Counted from the first letter of the stretch, positions 17,996 through 28,020 are shown. The stretch is 58,398 nt of DNA from a virus (IMGVR_UViG_3300003971_000004:1-58398), one strand, 5' to 3'. Numbers and translations: made by a program. Notes: generated from the letters alone by a model not told the origin.

Positions 17996-19615
17996 TCAGG
18001 TGGTCGGCGCGATGTTGGTAATCAGGCCGGTGCAGAACGGAGCGTAGATCGCGAGCGCGGTCTGGCAGTAGATGCCCATCTCCTTCTGGCGGGTGACCCG
18101 CGCCCAGTCCTCGACGCTCCAGTCGCGGCGGACGATGATCTCGGCCACGGCCGGGGTCTCGTTGCTGACGTACCAGGGCGGGAGCTGCTCACCGACGAAC
18201 ATCATCGTGCCCGGCGCAAGGTTGGGGTGGATCTTGATCGGGATCTTGGACGAGCCATCGATCGAGTACGGATTGGTGTAATAGGCCACCACGCCGCCAG
18301 CGGTCAGCTCGAAGCCGGCCTTCCCCGAATTGTCGGCGCTGACCTGATAGTTCAGCAGCGACGTCGAGGTTCCGGTCAGCGCCAGCTTCGTAACCGACTT
18401 CAGTTCCTGGCTGCTCACATAGATCACGCTGTACCCGATGCGGTACAAATCCCATGCGTTCTTCAGGAACTCGTCGATTTCCGTGACGCCCCCATAGCCG
18501 TTCGACGTCAACTGGGTACCGGTGCCAGGCGTGCCGGTTGCGAGCGTCTTCACCTGGGCATTACCCGCGGTGCCGTTCGCAAAGGTCGTGGCAATGAAGC
18601 CGTTGTACGCCTTCGTGTCGGCCGAGCAGTCAGCGGTCACCGCCGTGGCGGCCTGGCGGGTACCATTCAGCGCGGTCGCGAACGAGACCGAGTTGATGGT
18701 GGTGATCGCCTCGAGCTTCTCGGAGCCCGAGACCCCGACGAACCATGCGTAAGCGACAGCGCCCGCCACCGGCGTGACGCTTGCGAACAGGGTCTGGCCC
18801 GAGGTCACCGCCTGGCTCGCAGCGGCCGACTTCATCGACGAACCGCCATTGATGGTGAACGTTTTCCCGTCGGCGGCCGTGACCGTCATCGAGGTGGCGA
18901 TCCCACCCGCGAGCGAGCTGTTCTGATAACCCATCTGCGTCAGAGCAACGCAGATGACCGAATAGGTCGCCGCCGCCAGCGATGCACCGGTGCCCGATGC
19001 CGAAGCGGTGGGGGTCGGGCACACGCCGAGCGCCTGGTTGTTGTTGCCGCCGAGGATCGCCGCTTCTTCCTTGGCCTTGGCCTTGAGGAGGACGCGCAGC
19101 GCGGCGGTGGCCAGGATGTTTTCGAAGCCCTGCGAGGCTGCGGTCGCCTCGTCGGTGATCGCGTCTTCCTCGCCGAGCGTGGCATAGGAGATCGCCTTCG
19201 GATCAGCGGCATAGGACATGCGGCCAGCACGCCCACCCTCCGGCACGAAGCCAAAGTGGTTGAAGCCGCTTCCCGCGACCGCGGTGATCACCTTGTACTG
19301 AAACGCATTGCCCGGATTGGTCCGGGTGTTGCGGTTCAGCGTGTTCGCCAGGGGGGTGAGCGTGGGGTAGAGGTTGCGCGTCGGCGCGGCGAGATCGACC
19401 CCGAAGATGCCGTTCGCCGTGGTAACGGTCTTGGCGAGTTCTTCGGAGATCTCGACGCCCTTTTCGAGAGCGTCGGTGGCGCCGCCGATGGTGACGACGA
19501 GGTCGGCCACCACTTCGGCGGCCTTTTCGAGCGACAGGAAGCCGAAGCGCCCGTCGTCATTCATGAAGGAGCCATTCACCGCCTTCATGAGATCGTGTGC
19601 GAGAGGATGGTACAT
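17996..19615 (-). CDS. Major capsid protein
   Basis: AAAGGA RBS; follows protease/scaffold; IPIKIHPNLAPG and MGIYCQTALAIYAP C-terminus. Confidence 0.8.
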   Translation of the reverse strand: MYHPLAHDLMKAVNGSFMNDDGRFGFLSLEKAAEVVADLVVTIGGATDALEKGVEISEELAKTVTTANGIFGVDLAAPTRNLYPTLTPLANTLNRNTRTNPGNAFQYKVITAVAGSGFNHFGFVPEGGRAGRMSYAADPKAISYATLGEEDAITDEATAASQGFENILATAALRVLLKAKAKEEAAILGGNNNQALGVCPTPTASASGTGASLAAATYSVICVALTQMGYQNSSLAGGIATSMTVTAADGKTFTINGGSSMKSAAASQAVTSGQTLFASVTPVAGAVAYAWFVGVSGSEKLEAITTINSVSFATALNGTRQAATAVTADCSADTKAYNGFIATTFANGTAGNAQVKTLATGTPGTGTQLTSNGYGGVTEIDEFLKNAWDLYRIGYSVIYVSSQELKSVTKLALTGTSTSLLNYQVSADNSGKAGFELTAGGVVAYYTNPYSIDGSSKIPIKIHPNLAPGTMMFVGEQLPPWYVSNETPAVAEIIVRRDWSVEDWARVTRQKEMGIYCQTALAIYAPFCTGLITNIAPTT

Positions 19616-19631
19616 TCTCGATCCTTTGGAC

Positions 19632-19657
19632 AAAAAAAGGGGCCGCCGAAGCGACCC
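19632..19657 (-). terminator. Intrinsic terminator directly upstream of the capsid RBS
   Basis: GGGTCGC-TTCG-GCGGCCC then C and a T7 run on the minus strand. Confidence 0.7.
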
Positions 19658-19723
19658 GTTCGAGGCGAATGCCGCTGCCCAGGCGGCGGTTAGGGCTGCA
19701 CCCGACGGGCGTCGGGGATCTGG

Positions 19724-21310
19724 TTAGCGTGTGGCTTTGAGCAGTTCCTGGGCACGCTGCGGCCCGGGCGGCAATTCAGCGAGGCGCTGCCGGAGAGGTC
19801 GACGATCGGGGAGTTGGTCCGATTTTTCGAGCGCCTTCCCGTCATTCTCCTTCTCGACCGCAAAGACCGGCCCCTTTGCCGGCACCGGCTGCGATTCGAG
19901 CTCGGAAATTCGCGCCTTGCTTTTCTGAAGTTCCTCCGCCTCGTTTGCGAGCTGGGCGCGCTGGCTCTCCACGGTGGTGGTCAGCTCTTCAATTTTCGTG
20001 GTTGCGGAAGCGACGGCCTTCGCCAGGCGATCGTGATGTTCGGCAATTGCCGAGACAGCATCCTTCGCGATCGGCTCCTCACACGACGCACCGAGGCTGA
20101 TTGCATGATCGTGGATGGTCTGAAGCATCTTGGCATCGGCCTTGGAGTTGCGCGCTCCCGCCTTCTCCATCAGGTCTTCGTCAGCCTTCACCAGATCAAC
20201 GATCTGGGCGGCGAGAGCCATGCCATCGCCTTCTTCGACCGTAAGTTCGATGCCGAGGCGCTTGATGTTGGCGAGGAGGTCAGCGACGCCCTCGCGCGTC
20301 ATGCGGATCAGCAGGCCGCCCATCTTGGCGACGATTTCCGCCGCCGCGGTGGCGTTGGTGAGGTCGATATCGCCAGCGCCCGCGTTCGAGATCTTCTCAT
20401 CGAAGGTCATGTTCGACTGGAAGCAGGCGAAGTCGCGGAGCATTCGCGACAGGCTCTCGGTCGACCACAGCGACTTCGCCAGCGTCGGGACCATCAGGCA
20501 GTCGAGCGCATCGGCGACCTTGTTGAAGTCGACGAAGAGGTCGTCCCCTGCGGCGGGCGCGGCGAGCACGCCATCCGCCTTGGCCATCGCAGCATCGAGC
20601 GCCGCAACGGGATCAACCGCGGGAGGTTCATCGGCGAGCGGTGCGTCCGGCTCGATGTCGTCCGCCATCTTGAGCAGCGCATCGTCGGCGTTCTCGGCAA
20701 TCAGCTCCGCCCGCGCCTTGACCACGAAATCCTTGCCTTTGCCGGGCTTGCCCGCCGCCTTGGCGAGGTCTTCGGCGCGTTCCAGCGTCGCTTCGTTGCC
20801 CGGCTCATAGGCCTTGTCGACCGCGAACTCGCGCTGTTCCTCGCTCCCGTCGGCCTTCACCATCGTGAAGGTGGCGGTGGGATTGCAGGGGACGTCCACG
20901 ATCGACAGCTCGCGGACCTGCGGGGTGTACCGCTTGTATCGGCCATCCTGCCAGCGCTTGGCGTAGCGGCCGCCGGGGGAGAAACCGGTGTAGACGCCCT
21001 CCTCGACCTTCCGCCACTCGTTGTCGTCGACGATGCGTGCGACGAACCCGATCTTCTTGAGGTCGTCATCGAAGGTGAGCTCGACCAGTTTGCCGGCCGC
21101 GATGTTCGAATGCTGGCCGCGGATGTTGCCGAGCGACTTGCCATCGCTGACCTTCTGGAGTTCGGCCGACCACGATTCGAACGCGGGCTTTGCGGTCGCA
21201 TAGTCGCAGATCTCGCCGGAGCGATCCGGCGTTTCGTCGAAGGAGCCGAAGACGAGGCGCTCAGTCGCGTCAGCCTTGGCGAGCGGGATGAAGATATGCA
21301 GGGGGTCCAT
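19724..21310 (-). CDS. Prohead protease / scaffold fusion
   Basis: RGQHSNIAAGK, YTGFSPGG, ELSIVDVPCNP protease motifs and a long coiled-coil C-terminus. Confidence 0.8.
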   Translation of the reverse strand: MDPLHIFIPLAKADATERLVFGSFDETPDRSGEICDYATAKPAFESWSAELQKVSDGKSLGNIRGQHSNIAAGKLVELTFDDDLKKIGFVARIVDDNEWRKVEEGVYTGFSPGGRYAKRWQDGRYKRYTPQVRELSIVDVPCNPTATFTMVKADGSEEQREFAVDKAYEPGNEATLERAEDLAKAAGKPGKGKDFVVKARAELIAENADDALLKMADDIEPDAPLADEPPAVDPVAALDAAMAKADGVLAAPAAGDDLFVDFNKVADALDCLMVPTLAKSLWSTESLSRMLRDFACFQSNMTFDEKISNAGAGDIDLTNATAAAEIVAKMGGLLIRMTREGVADLLANIKRLGIELTVEEGDGMALAAQIVDLVKADEDLMEKAGARNSKADAKMLQTIHDHAISLGASCEEPIAKDAVSAIAEHHDRLAKAVASATTKIEELTTTVESQRAQLANEAEELQKSKARISELESQPVPAKGPVFAVEKENDGKALEKSDQLPDRRPLRQRLAELPPGPQRAQELLKATR

Positions 21311-21321
21311 TGTCGTCTCCG

Positions 21322-23535
21322 TCAGGCATCGTCAGCAGATTCGCCGCCCGGCATGTCCTCAGGGAGGACCGGGGCAACGGCGCATTCGCAGTTGGGGTGG
21401 AGCGGGACATCGGCCCCGCCGGTGAAGTCGTCGTCGAGGCCCACGATCTCGCCGTCGAGCAGCGCGCAGTCCTCGCAGCAGTCGGCCGAGGCCAACCACT
21501 CCTTGCCCGCGACGACGCCGGACGCCCGCCAGCCCGCATAGGCTCCCTGGGTGTCGGCGATCGCCGTCTCGCTGCGCGCGATGGTGGTCGCGCGGGCCTT
21601 GGAGAAGGCGCCGCTCTCGCGGACCGCGCGCGCGAGGTCTTGGTTGCTGGCCCCCTCCTCGACGGCGTTGGTCACGGCCTTTCGAACCATGTCGCGGGTG
21701 GTGACCGAGATCGACCACGACCCGTTGTCGACCAGTTCGCCATCGACGAGCTTGCGCCCGATCAGCTGGGCGGCGCGGCGTTCCGCGAACTCGCTGGCAT
21801 TGCGCGCGAGGCGGCTCCGGGTTTCGGCACTGAACAGGCCGATATCCTGAAGCGCCAGCTTCCCGGCGCCCGCCGCAAGCTTGGCGAGCAGGGGCTCGAT
21901 CAGCTTTGGCAGGTCGGTCCAGGTCCAGTCGATCTCTTCGAAGAAGCCATCCAACGCGCGCTCAAAGCCGTCATCGACAGCCTTTTCGAGCGGGAACCGC
22001 TTCTCGATGAGGCCTGCGATCTCGCGCGCCTTGCCGGCGAAGTACCGGTTCAGCGCCGCGGCAAGCCGACGCTCAGCCGCGCGAGGTGCAGCCTTTGCGA
22101 GGTCACCCTTTGCAGCGTCGTCCGCCTCGGCGTCTTCACCCTTTCCCTTCGGCGGTGCGTCATCCTTCTCGCCGGGCTGCGGTGCGCCAGGCACCGCGCC
22201 GGGCAACAGCTCCGGCGGGACTTCCTCCGGCTCAGCGACTGCGTCTTCCAGACGGGTCGGAGAGCCATCGACTGTCGCCACCGCCCCGATGCCATTAGGC
22301 AGCGGATCGTCGCCGTTGCGGTCGCGGACTTCGTCACGGGTCAAGGTGCCGTTCTTGATCCGCGTGTCCTCGATCCGGGCCTTCACCTCGGGGTCGAACT
22401 CGCGGTCTTCTGTCCAGGCGAATTCCAGATCGGGGCGACCGAAATCCTCGGCGAGGATTCGGTTCATCACGCGCCGGATGTAGCCCATGATGTTTCCCAG
22501 CCCTGCGGCCTCGGCGGCTTCGTGCTCGGTCTTGGCCGAGCCCTGACCCAGACCCTGCTGCTTCAGGAACGGCGTGGGAGCCGTCGAGAAGCAGAAGCAG
22601 ATGATGCGCGCCAGCCACTCGTCGAACGCCTCCTGGAGGGGAGGCTGGCCGATCGCGTTCCACACGAAGCCGGCTGGCAGGAACTGGTTCTTGCGGCGGT
22701 TTTCGATGCTGGAGGTCAGCAGGTTGTTCCACATCGTCTCGACCTGCCCGATCTGTTCGGGAACCGTTCCCTCGGGGGCCGTGAAGAAGCCGTCGCTCAG
22801 GTTGCCGTGAGTGAAGAACGCCTTCTGGCTCTTGAGACGCTGGATCGCCGTCTCGACGGTGTCGACGATCTGCTCCACTCGGCTGTAGCCATAGGCATGG
22901 TCTACGCGCCAGTTCTGGGGAAAGTAGAGCAGTTCCTCGGTGGTGTAGTTGACCGCCGGAAGTCCTTTGATGACCTGCTGATACGAGGCATCGGGGAACA
23001 TCGGACGACGCCCATCGCTCCCCATCAGCGGCTTGATCGTCGCGCCGTCGATGATTTCGAACGAATAGGGCCGGCCGCCGCGGTCGCGCCTCCGATAGAC
23101 AGATACCGCATCGTACACGAAGTGCTGTTCAAGCATCGCCCGAACCCACTGTCCCCAGTCATGGACGCGGTCAGGGTATTCGAGCTGACGCTGGATCTCG
23201 ATCACCGAACCATCGGTCTTACCCTTCTTTCCGTCCCGCTCGCGGACCTTGACCGACCAGTCTAAGGCCTCGATCTTGTCCTTCTGCCCTTCCATCACGA
23301 TGCGAACGGTGTCGTGCCGGGCCAGCGCTCTCAGCTTAGCAAAGCCGGTCAGCTCGTCGCTGCGAGGCGTATAGTTGACGTTGAAGAAGACCGGGTAGTC
23401 ATACTGTCGCCCTGCTACGGACTCGGGGGCGACGGGGGCCATCGGCTGACCGGGGCCGAACCAATCTGGGGCACCGCCGAAAATGGCATATCGAGCGCCC
23501 TGGACTGCGCGCATCAGGAACGACTTTTCGGCCAT
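21322..23535 (-). CDS. Portal protein fused to a MuF (minor head) domain
   Basis: YGYSRVEQI, LTRDEVR portal motifs; RATTIARSE...KEW...C..C...PLHPNCEC MuF motifs. Confidence 0.85.
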   Translation of the reverse strand: MAEKSFLMRAVQGARYAIFGGAPDWFGPGQPMAPVAPESVAGRQYDYPVFFNVNYTPRSDELTGFAKLRALARHDTVRIVMEGQKDKIEALDWSVKVRERDGKKGKTDGSVIEIQRQLEYPDRVHDWGQWVRAMLEQHFVYDAVSVYRRRDRGGRPYSFEIIDGATIKPLMGSDGRRPMFPDASYQQVIKGLPAVNYTTEELLYFPQNWRVDHAYGYSRVEQIVDTVETAIQRLKSQKAFFTHGNLSDGFFTAPEGTVPEQIGQVETMWNNLLTSSIENRRKNQFLPAGFVWNAIGQPPLQEAFDEWLARIICFCFSTAPTPFLKQQGLGQGSAKTEHEAAEAAGLGNIMGYIRRVMNRILAEDFGRPDLEFAWTEDREFDPEVKARIEDTRIKNGTLTRDEVRDRNGDDPLPNGIGAVATVDGSPTRLEDAVAEPEEVPPELLPGAVPGAPQPGEKDDAPPKGKGEDAEADDAAKGDLAKAAPRAAERRLAAALNRYFAGKAREIAGLIEKRFPLEKAVDDGFERALDGFFEEIDWTWTDLPKLIEPLLAKLAAGAGKLALQDIGLFSAETRSRLARNASEFAERRAAQLIGRKLVDGELVDNGSWSISVTTRDMVRKAVTNAVEEGASNQDLARAVRESGAFSKARATTIARSETAIADTQGAYAGWRASGVVAGKEWLASADCCEDCALLDGEIVGLDDDFTGGADVPLHPNCECAVAPVLPEDMPGGESADDA

Positions 23536-23557
23536 CCTTTAACGCCTCCTGATTGAG

Positions 23558-24997
23558 CTATGCCGATTGCTCGGCGGATGTGGTGGTCTCGGCCGCCCAG
23601 GACAGCCAGCCTTCGAGGCCGCTACCGGGAGCGAGATAGTTGAAAGCCCCTGAGGCGGCGTCGACCTGGTCGTCCTTCGCCGCGTTTGGGAACGTGCTGA
23701 GTTCGTTGATGAAACCCTCATTCCACGGGGCTTTCACCAGACGGACGTTGCCGGCCTCACATTGCGCCGAGAAGGGGGCCGCGCGGGTCTCCTTCGATCC
23801 GCTCTCGACCTCCGCCTTGACGATCCAGCCCGCGAGCATGCGGGTGAACGCCTTTGCCTGTGCCTTGCCTGCCTGCGCCGGATCCTGATTGAGGTGGATC
23901 GCGACGTTCTTCCCGTCGAGGGTGGCTGTGTTCTGGACCGCCTGCTCGACTTCATGCGGCGAGCCACGGAACCGGATGATATCCCGGATCCAGAAGAACC
24001 CGTCCGGGCACTTCGACATCAAGCATCCTACAGTCCAGTCCGGGTCGCCCGTTGCGCCTTCCTCAGTCCCGGCGAGGTCCCATTTGCGTACCCAGGTGCC
24101 GCCAGCCGGGGCAGCATCGACAACCTTGAACCAGTGCTTCTTGAACAGGCCGCCCTCCTTCGGGGCAGGTTCCTGTGCGTACTGGCCCGCGAACTCGTAG
24201 GGTTTCTTCTCCTCCATGCGGCGGAGCGTCGCGATGTCGTGCTTCGCGGGCCAGAGCGCGGTGCCGTCCGGCTGGATCGCCGGGATCTTGAGCAACTCCC
24301 AATCTTCGCCGTTACCACCACTGAGGAGCCAGCCAGGAAGATCGCGCTCATGCAACCGCTGGCCGATCACGATGATCGGGGTGTCGGGCGAATTGACGCG
24401 CGATTCGAGCGTGTTCTTGAACCACTCGATCACGCCCTCGCGGACCACGTCCGATTTCGCTTCGGCGGCCTTGTGGATGTCGTCGATGATGATCGCGCCG
24501 CCGAACCCGGGGCGGAGCTTGCCGGCGCCGAAGCCGGTGATGGTCCCGCCTTCACCCTGCGCGTAGACGACGCCTCCGGCTGTGGTGCGCCATTCGCCTT
24601 TTGCGTTGCTATCGCGGCGCAGCTGGACCTCGGGGAAGAGACCACGATAGGCCTCGTGCTCGACGATCCGCTTCGCGTTGGCAGCGTTATTGACGGACAG
24701 CTTGTCCGAATAGCTGGTGTGGATGAACTCGGCGTCGGGGTTGAGGCCCAGCGCCCAGGCGATGAAGTTGACCACCGCCAGCTCTGTCTTCGAGTAGCGC
24801 GGCGGGATGTTGATGATGAGGCGCTTGCACTCGCCGCGGTAGACCCGCATCAGCGCATCGCAGATGACCCGGTGGTGCCAGTTGTGCATCCACCGATAGC
24901 CGCGCATCGACTTGAACATGAAGCGCGAGAAGAAATACAGGTCGGCACGCGCCTCGAGCTTCACCGCCAGCGCATAGGCCTCGGCGGTTTCTGACAT
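23558..24997 (-). CDS. terL: Terminase large subunit
   Basis: INIPPRYSKT Walker A, IIIDD Walker B, QRLHERDL, WDLA, DDQVDA nuclease motif. Confidence 0.95.
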   Translation of the reverse strand: MSETAEAYALAVKLEARADLYFFSRFMFKSMRGYRWMHNWHHRVICDALMRVYRGECKRLIINIPPRYSKTELAVVNFIAWALGLNPDAEFIHTSYSDKLSVNNAANAKRIVEHEAYRGLFPEVQLRRDSNAKGEWRTTAGGVVYAQGEGGTITGFGAGKLRPGFGGAIIIDDIHKAAEAKSDVVREGVIEWFKNTLESRVNSPDTPIIVIGQRLHERDLPGWLLSGGNGEDWELLKIPAIQPDGTALWPAKHDIATLRRMEEKKPYEFAGQYAQEPAPKEGGLFKKHWFKVVDAAPAGGTWVRKWDLAGTEEGATGDPDWTVGCLMSKCPDGFFWIRDIIRFRGSPHEVEQAVQNTATLDGKNVAIHLNQDPAQAGKAQAKAFTRMLAGWIVKAEVESGSKETRAAPFSAQCEAGNVRLVKAPWNEGFINELSTFPNAAKDDQVDAASGAFNYLAPGSGLEGWLSWAAETTTSAEQSA

Positions 24998-25497
24998 CAG
25001 AAATCTTCGATTACCCGTGCCCGCGCCCTTAGATAATCCGCAGTCGAAACTTCGCCATTCTCTCCGATCGACGGGTCAGGGGTGGACATGCCGGGCTGGC
25101 CGACATTCTCGGTCGTCGCGCCCAGTGCGAGGCGACCGATACGCTGAGCAGCCTCGGCGGCGGACGCGATCATACGCAGCTCGCCCGCGGGGATGTCCTC
25201 ACCGACCACCGCGAGGCGGCGCGCGCACCGCGCGCGGATCGCTTTGGCGACGCGCAGGTCGTCACGGTTGAACTGCAGCAGCTCGGTGATCCGCTCTTTG
25301 CTGGCAGTCTCAGCCGCCTCGGCAAGCGCGATCTGCTCGAACTTGAGCCGCTCCATGCCCCAGCGGTGCCGTTCCGCCTGCTTCTTCACAGTCTCGGGTT
25401 TGATCCCGTGCTTCTCTGCAAGCTCAGCAATGGTGATGCGGGTCTGGATGTACTCAAGCTTGAGTTTCGCCCAGTCGGCAATGGGTCCGCGCGCCAT
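24997..25497 (-). CDS. terS: Terminase small subunit
   Basis: N-terminal HTH (TIAELAEKHGIKPETVKK..W); directly upstream of terL. Confidence 0.8.
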   Translation of the reverse strand: MARGPIADWAKLKLEYIQTRITIAELAEKHGIKPETVKKQAERHRWGMERLKFEQIALAEAAETASKERITELLQFNRDDLRVAKAIRARCARRLAVVGEDIPAGELRMIASAAEAAQRIGRLALGATTENVGQPGMSTPDPSIGENGEVSTADYLRARARVIEDF

Positions 25498-25498
25498 G

Positions 25499-25529
25499 TG
25501 CTTTACTTCCCTCGACCCGTTACTAGAGT
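25499..25529 (+). promoter_or_regulatory. Sigma70-like promoter TGCTTTAC-N17-TAGAGT (copy 1); probably gives a leaderless mRNA
   Basis: Same boxes and spacing as at 30657 and 55233; ATG lies 7 nt after the -10. Confidence 0.6.
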
Positions 25530-25536
25530 AGCGGGC

Positions 25537-25980
25537 ATGACTATTTTTCCTTTGAAGGTCACAGTGTTAGGCCCCGGCGAAACGCTCAGCGGGTTCCGGT
25601 ACTGGTGGCTCAAATCGGTGCAGGGCTATGACCTGTCGGTGCATTGCGCGCGCTGCCTGCGCGGTCCTTACGATCGCCGCGTCGGGCGCACGATGCTGCT
25701 CAACGAGGCGGTCGAGCTGCGCGGCGATCTGGTTTACCTCTGCGGCGTTTCACCGCGCTGGTCGACCAATTTCCACGCCGCCGCGGTGCGCGCGCCAGGC
25801 GAGACGTTCGACGTCCCGACCTATAACGGGCTGACCGTCCGGTTCGAGAACGGACGCCAGATTCCCATCGAGCCGCTGCCCGAAGGCTATCGCGGGATGG
25901 ACAAGACCTTCACGACCTGCCGGAACTGGCAGTTCGCGGTTCAGATGAGCGAGGCCATCACCGCCAGCACGTCCTCGTGA
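25537..25980 (+). CDS. Hypothetical protein with HCxxC...C motif (opposite-strand insert)
   Basis: 147 aa with protein-like composition and its own promoter; 40-nt convergent overlap with the methyltransferase gene. Confidence 0.65.
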   Translation: MTIFPLKVTVLGPGETLSGFRYWWLKSVQGYDLSVHCARCLRGPYDRRVGRTMLLNEAVELRGDLVYLCGVSPRWSTNFHAAAVRAPGETFDVPTYNGLTVRFENGRQIPIEPLPEGYRGMDKTFTTCRNWQFAVQMSEAITASTSS

Positions 25981-27299
25981 CGGCCGATCCGCTTCTCTCC
26001 CGGGAGGGGGAGATTGAACTCGCGCTCGATCGCGCCGCGCTGGTCCGGCGCCTGCTTCGCCTTCACCACTGAGGCCTGCCAGGCCGACGTGCCCTCGTGG
26101 TACTGATGCTCGCCGTCGTCGCGGAAGTGCCTGCGGACGATCGCCTGGACATCCTCGGGCGAGTGGAATTTCTGGAAGAACCATTCGCCGCCCCGGAACA
26201 GGCCCGAGATGTTGTGCTGGTCGAGGAACTCGACCTCGCGGTGCTGGGTGATGCGCCGGCTCATGCGCGCGCTCCCCAAAACCCGCTTCATCGGTCGGCC
26301 GCTGAAAAACGCCCGGCCGCCGGGTTTCAGGAAGGCGTTGACGCAGGCCAGGACATCGTCCTCTGCCTGCTGGGTGTCGACGCTGTTCAGCACATAGTCG
26401 CAGATCACGACATCCCAGAGGCCGTGCATCCGGATCGACAGCAGCATCGTGTCGATCATGCGGTTGATCGCGCTGAGGTCCAGCGCACCGCCGCGGCGAC
26501 GGAAGAATTCGAGGCCGTGGATGTCGTAGCCCTGGGCCTTGAGCGTCCGGACGTAATCGCCCTGACCGCACCCGAAATCGAAGATCCGCGCGGTCTTCGG
26601 GACTTCGCGCAGCAGCCAGTCATAGGTCGGGCTGTAGTTGTCCTTCTGGCCACCGCGCAGCCGGTAGAGCTGAGCGAATGTCTGGTTGAAGGTCCGCCGC
26701 TCGATCCGGTCGTAGCTGTACCGTCCGTACTGCTCGGCGAAGATCGCGCGCACCCGGTCGACTTGGTCGTCGGGGACGTAGAAGCAGCGGACCTTCTGGG
26801 AGATGACGTGCGCAGCGAGAGCATAGCTCGCGCTCGACAGAACCTCTCCCTGCATGGAGGCGACACAGCCGCCCCAATTTCCATAAGCGGTCAGCATCCG
26901 GGCAACCTCGGAGCGGGTCGATGCGCCGATCGAGCGATGGTTGCCCGACACCAGATCGACCATCGCGAAGCCGGGTTCGGTCGCCTGCGGCACCCAGGCG
27001 GCTTCTTCGCCGCTGTCGAGATCGGTGCCGTTGTGCAGCTGGTTGAAGCGAATTTCGTCCTGCGGGTTCGGCTTCTTCGAGAGGAAGCAGACCGGGGTAT
27101 GGGTGAAGCCCGCCATCTTGGCGGCGCGGGTGCGTTGGTGGCCTGCGACGATCAGGCCGTCGCGCAGCGCGACCACAGGCTTGACGATGCCGAGGGTGCG
27201 GAGGCTGTCCGCGAGCGATTCGAGCGAGGCGTCGCTGATGGCACGCGGGTTGTAATCGGCCGGGCGGAGCTGGTCGATCGGGAAGCTGGGGTCAAACAC
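25941..27299 (-). CDS. ParB-N domain fused to a class I SAM-dependent methyltransferase
   Basis: PADYNPR...IVAGHQR (ParB-N); FDFGCGQG SAM motif I; VICDYVLNSV. Confidence 0.85.
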   Translation of the reverse strand: MFDPSFPIDQLRPADYNPRAISDASLESLADSLRTLGIVKPVVALRDGLIVAGHQRTRAAKMAGFTHTPVCFLSKKPNPQDEIRFNQLHNGTDLDSGEEAAWVPQATEPGFAMVDLVSGNHRSIGASTRSEVARMLTAYGNWGGCVASMQGEVLSSASYALAAHVISQKVRCFYVPDDQVDRVRAIFAEQYGRYSYDRIERRTFNQTFAQLYRLRGGQKDNYSPTYDWLLREVPKTARIFDFGCGQGDYVRTLKAQGYDIHGLEFFRRRGGALDLSAINRMIDTMLLSIRMHGLWDVVICDYVLNSVDTQQAEDDVLACVNAFLKPGGRAFFSGRPMKRVLGSARMSRRITQHREVEFLDQHNISGLFRGGEWFFQKFHSPEDVQAIVRRHFRDDGEHQYHEGTSAWQASVVKAKQAPDQRGAIEREFNLPLPGEKRIGRHEDVLAVMASLI

Positions 27300-27918
27300 G
27301 GAGCGACCGCTCGACAAAGCCGTTGCTGATCCCGAATTCGTCGACATGGGCCTGAAGCCGGGCTTCGAGCCATGCCGCTTCGGCGTCGGTGAGCGGCACT
27401 TTCTTGTTGCCGAAGGTCAGCTGCAGCGTCTTGCTGTCACCACCATTCGGCTGTTGGAGGGGTTCCAGCTCGTCCGGCATCTCGCCGGCCTGTTCCAGCC
27501 CGACCATCTCGTCGACTCCGAAGCCGGTCAGCGCGACCGCGAAGTCGTCGCCCAGCAGCGCTTCGAGTTCGATGCGGAGCAGACCCTCGTCCCACGAGGC
27601 GTTCTCAGCCAGCTTGTTGTCGGCGATGATGTACGCCCGCTTCTTCGCCTCGTCCCAGCCGCGCGCGACCATGACCGGCACCTGGGCCAGCTCGAGCAAG
27701 CGAGCGGCCATGACGCGACCGTGGCCGGCAAGGAGCATCCCGTCCTCGTCGATCAGGACGGGGACGGTCCATCCCCATTCGCGGATCGCGGCGGCGAGCT
27801 GGGCCACCTGCGCCTCGCTGTGGATGCGGGCATTGCGCGCATAGGGAAGGAGGGCGGCGACATCGCGCAGCTCGACGGTGGCGGCCGGCCAGAGGGCCGT
27901 ATCCGGGTTGCTCGACAC
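27292..27918 (-). CDS. ParB/Srx N-terminal domain protein
   Basis: PYARNARIHS..QV...GWTVPVLID...LAGHGR...IADNKL; AAGGA RBS before GTG. Confidence 0.85.
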   Translation of the reverse strand: MSSNPDTALWPAATVELRDVAALLPYARNARIHSEAQVAQLAAAIREWGWTVPVLIDEDGMLLAGHGRVMAARLLELAQVPVMVARGWDEAKKRAYIIADNKLAENASWDEGLLRIELEALLGDDFAVALTGFGVDEMVGLEQAGEMPDELEPLQQPNGGDSKTLQLTFGNKKVPLTDAEAAWLEARLQAHVDEFGISNGFVERSLRV

Positions 27919-28020
27919 GGGATTTCCTTGGGCGCGCGCAGCTCCGTCCCGAGAGAAGCGGGGCGAGCGGGGCAAATTTGGGGGTGAGGTGTTCCGGTTT
28001 TGGGAACTTTCCGTACTGGC

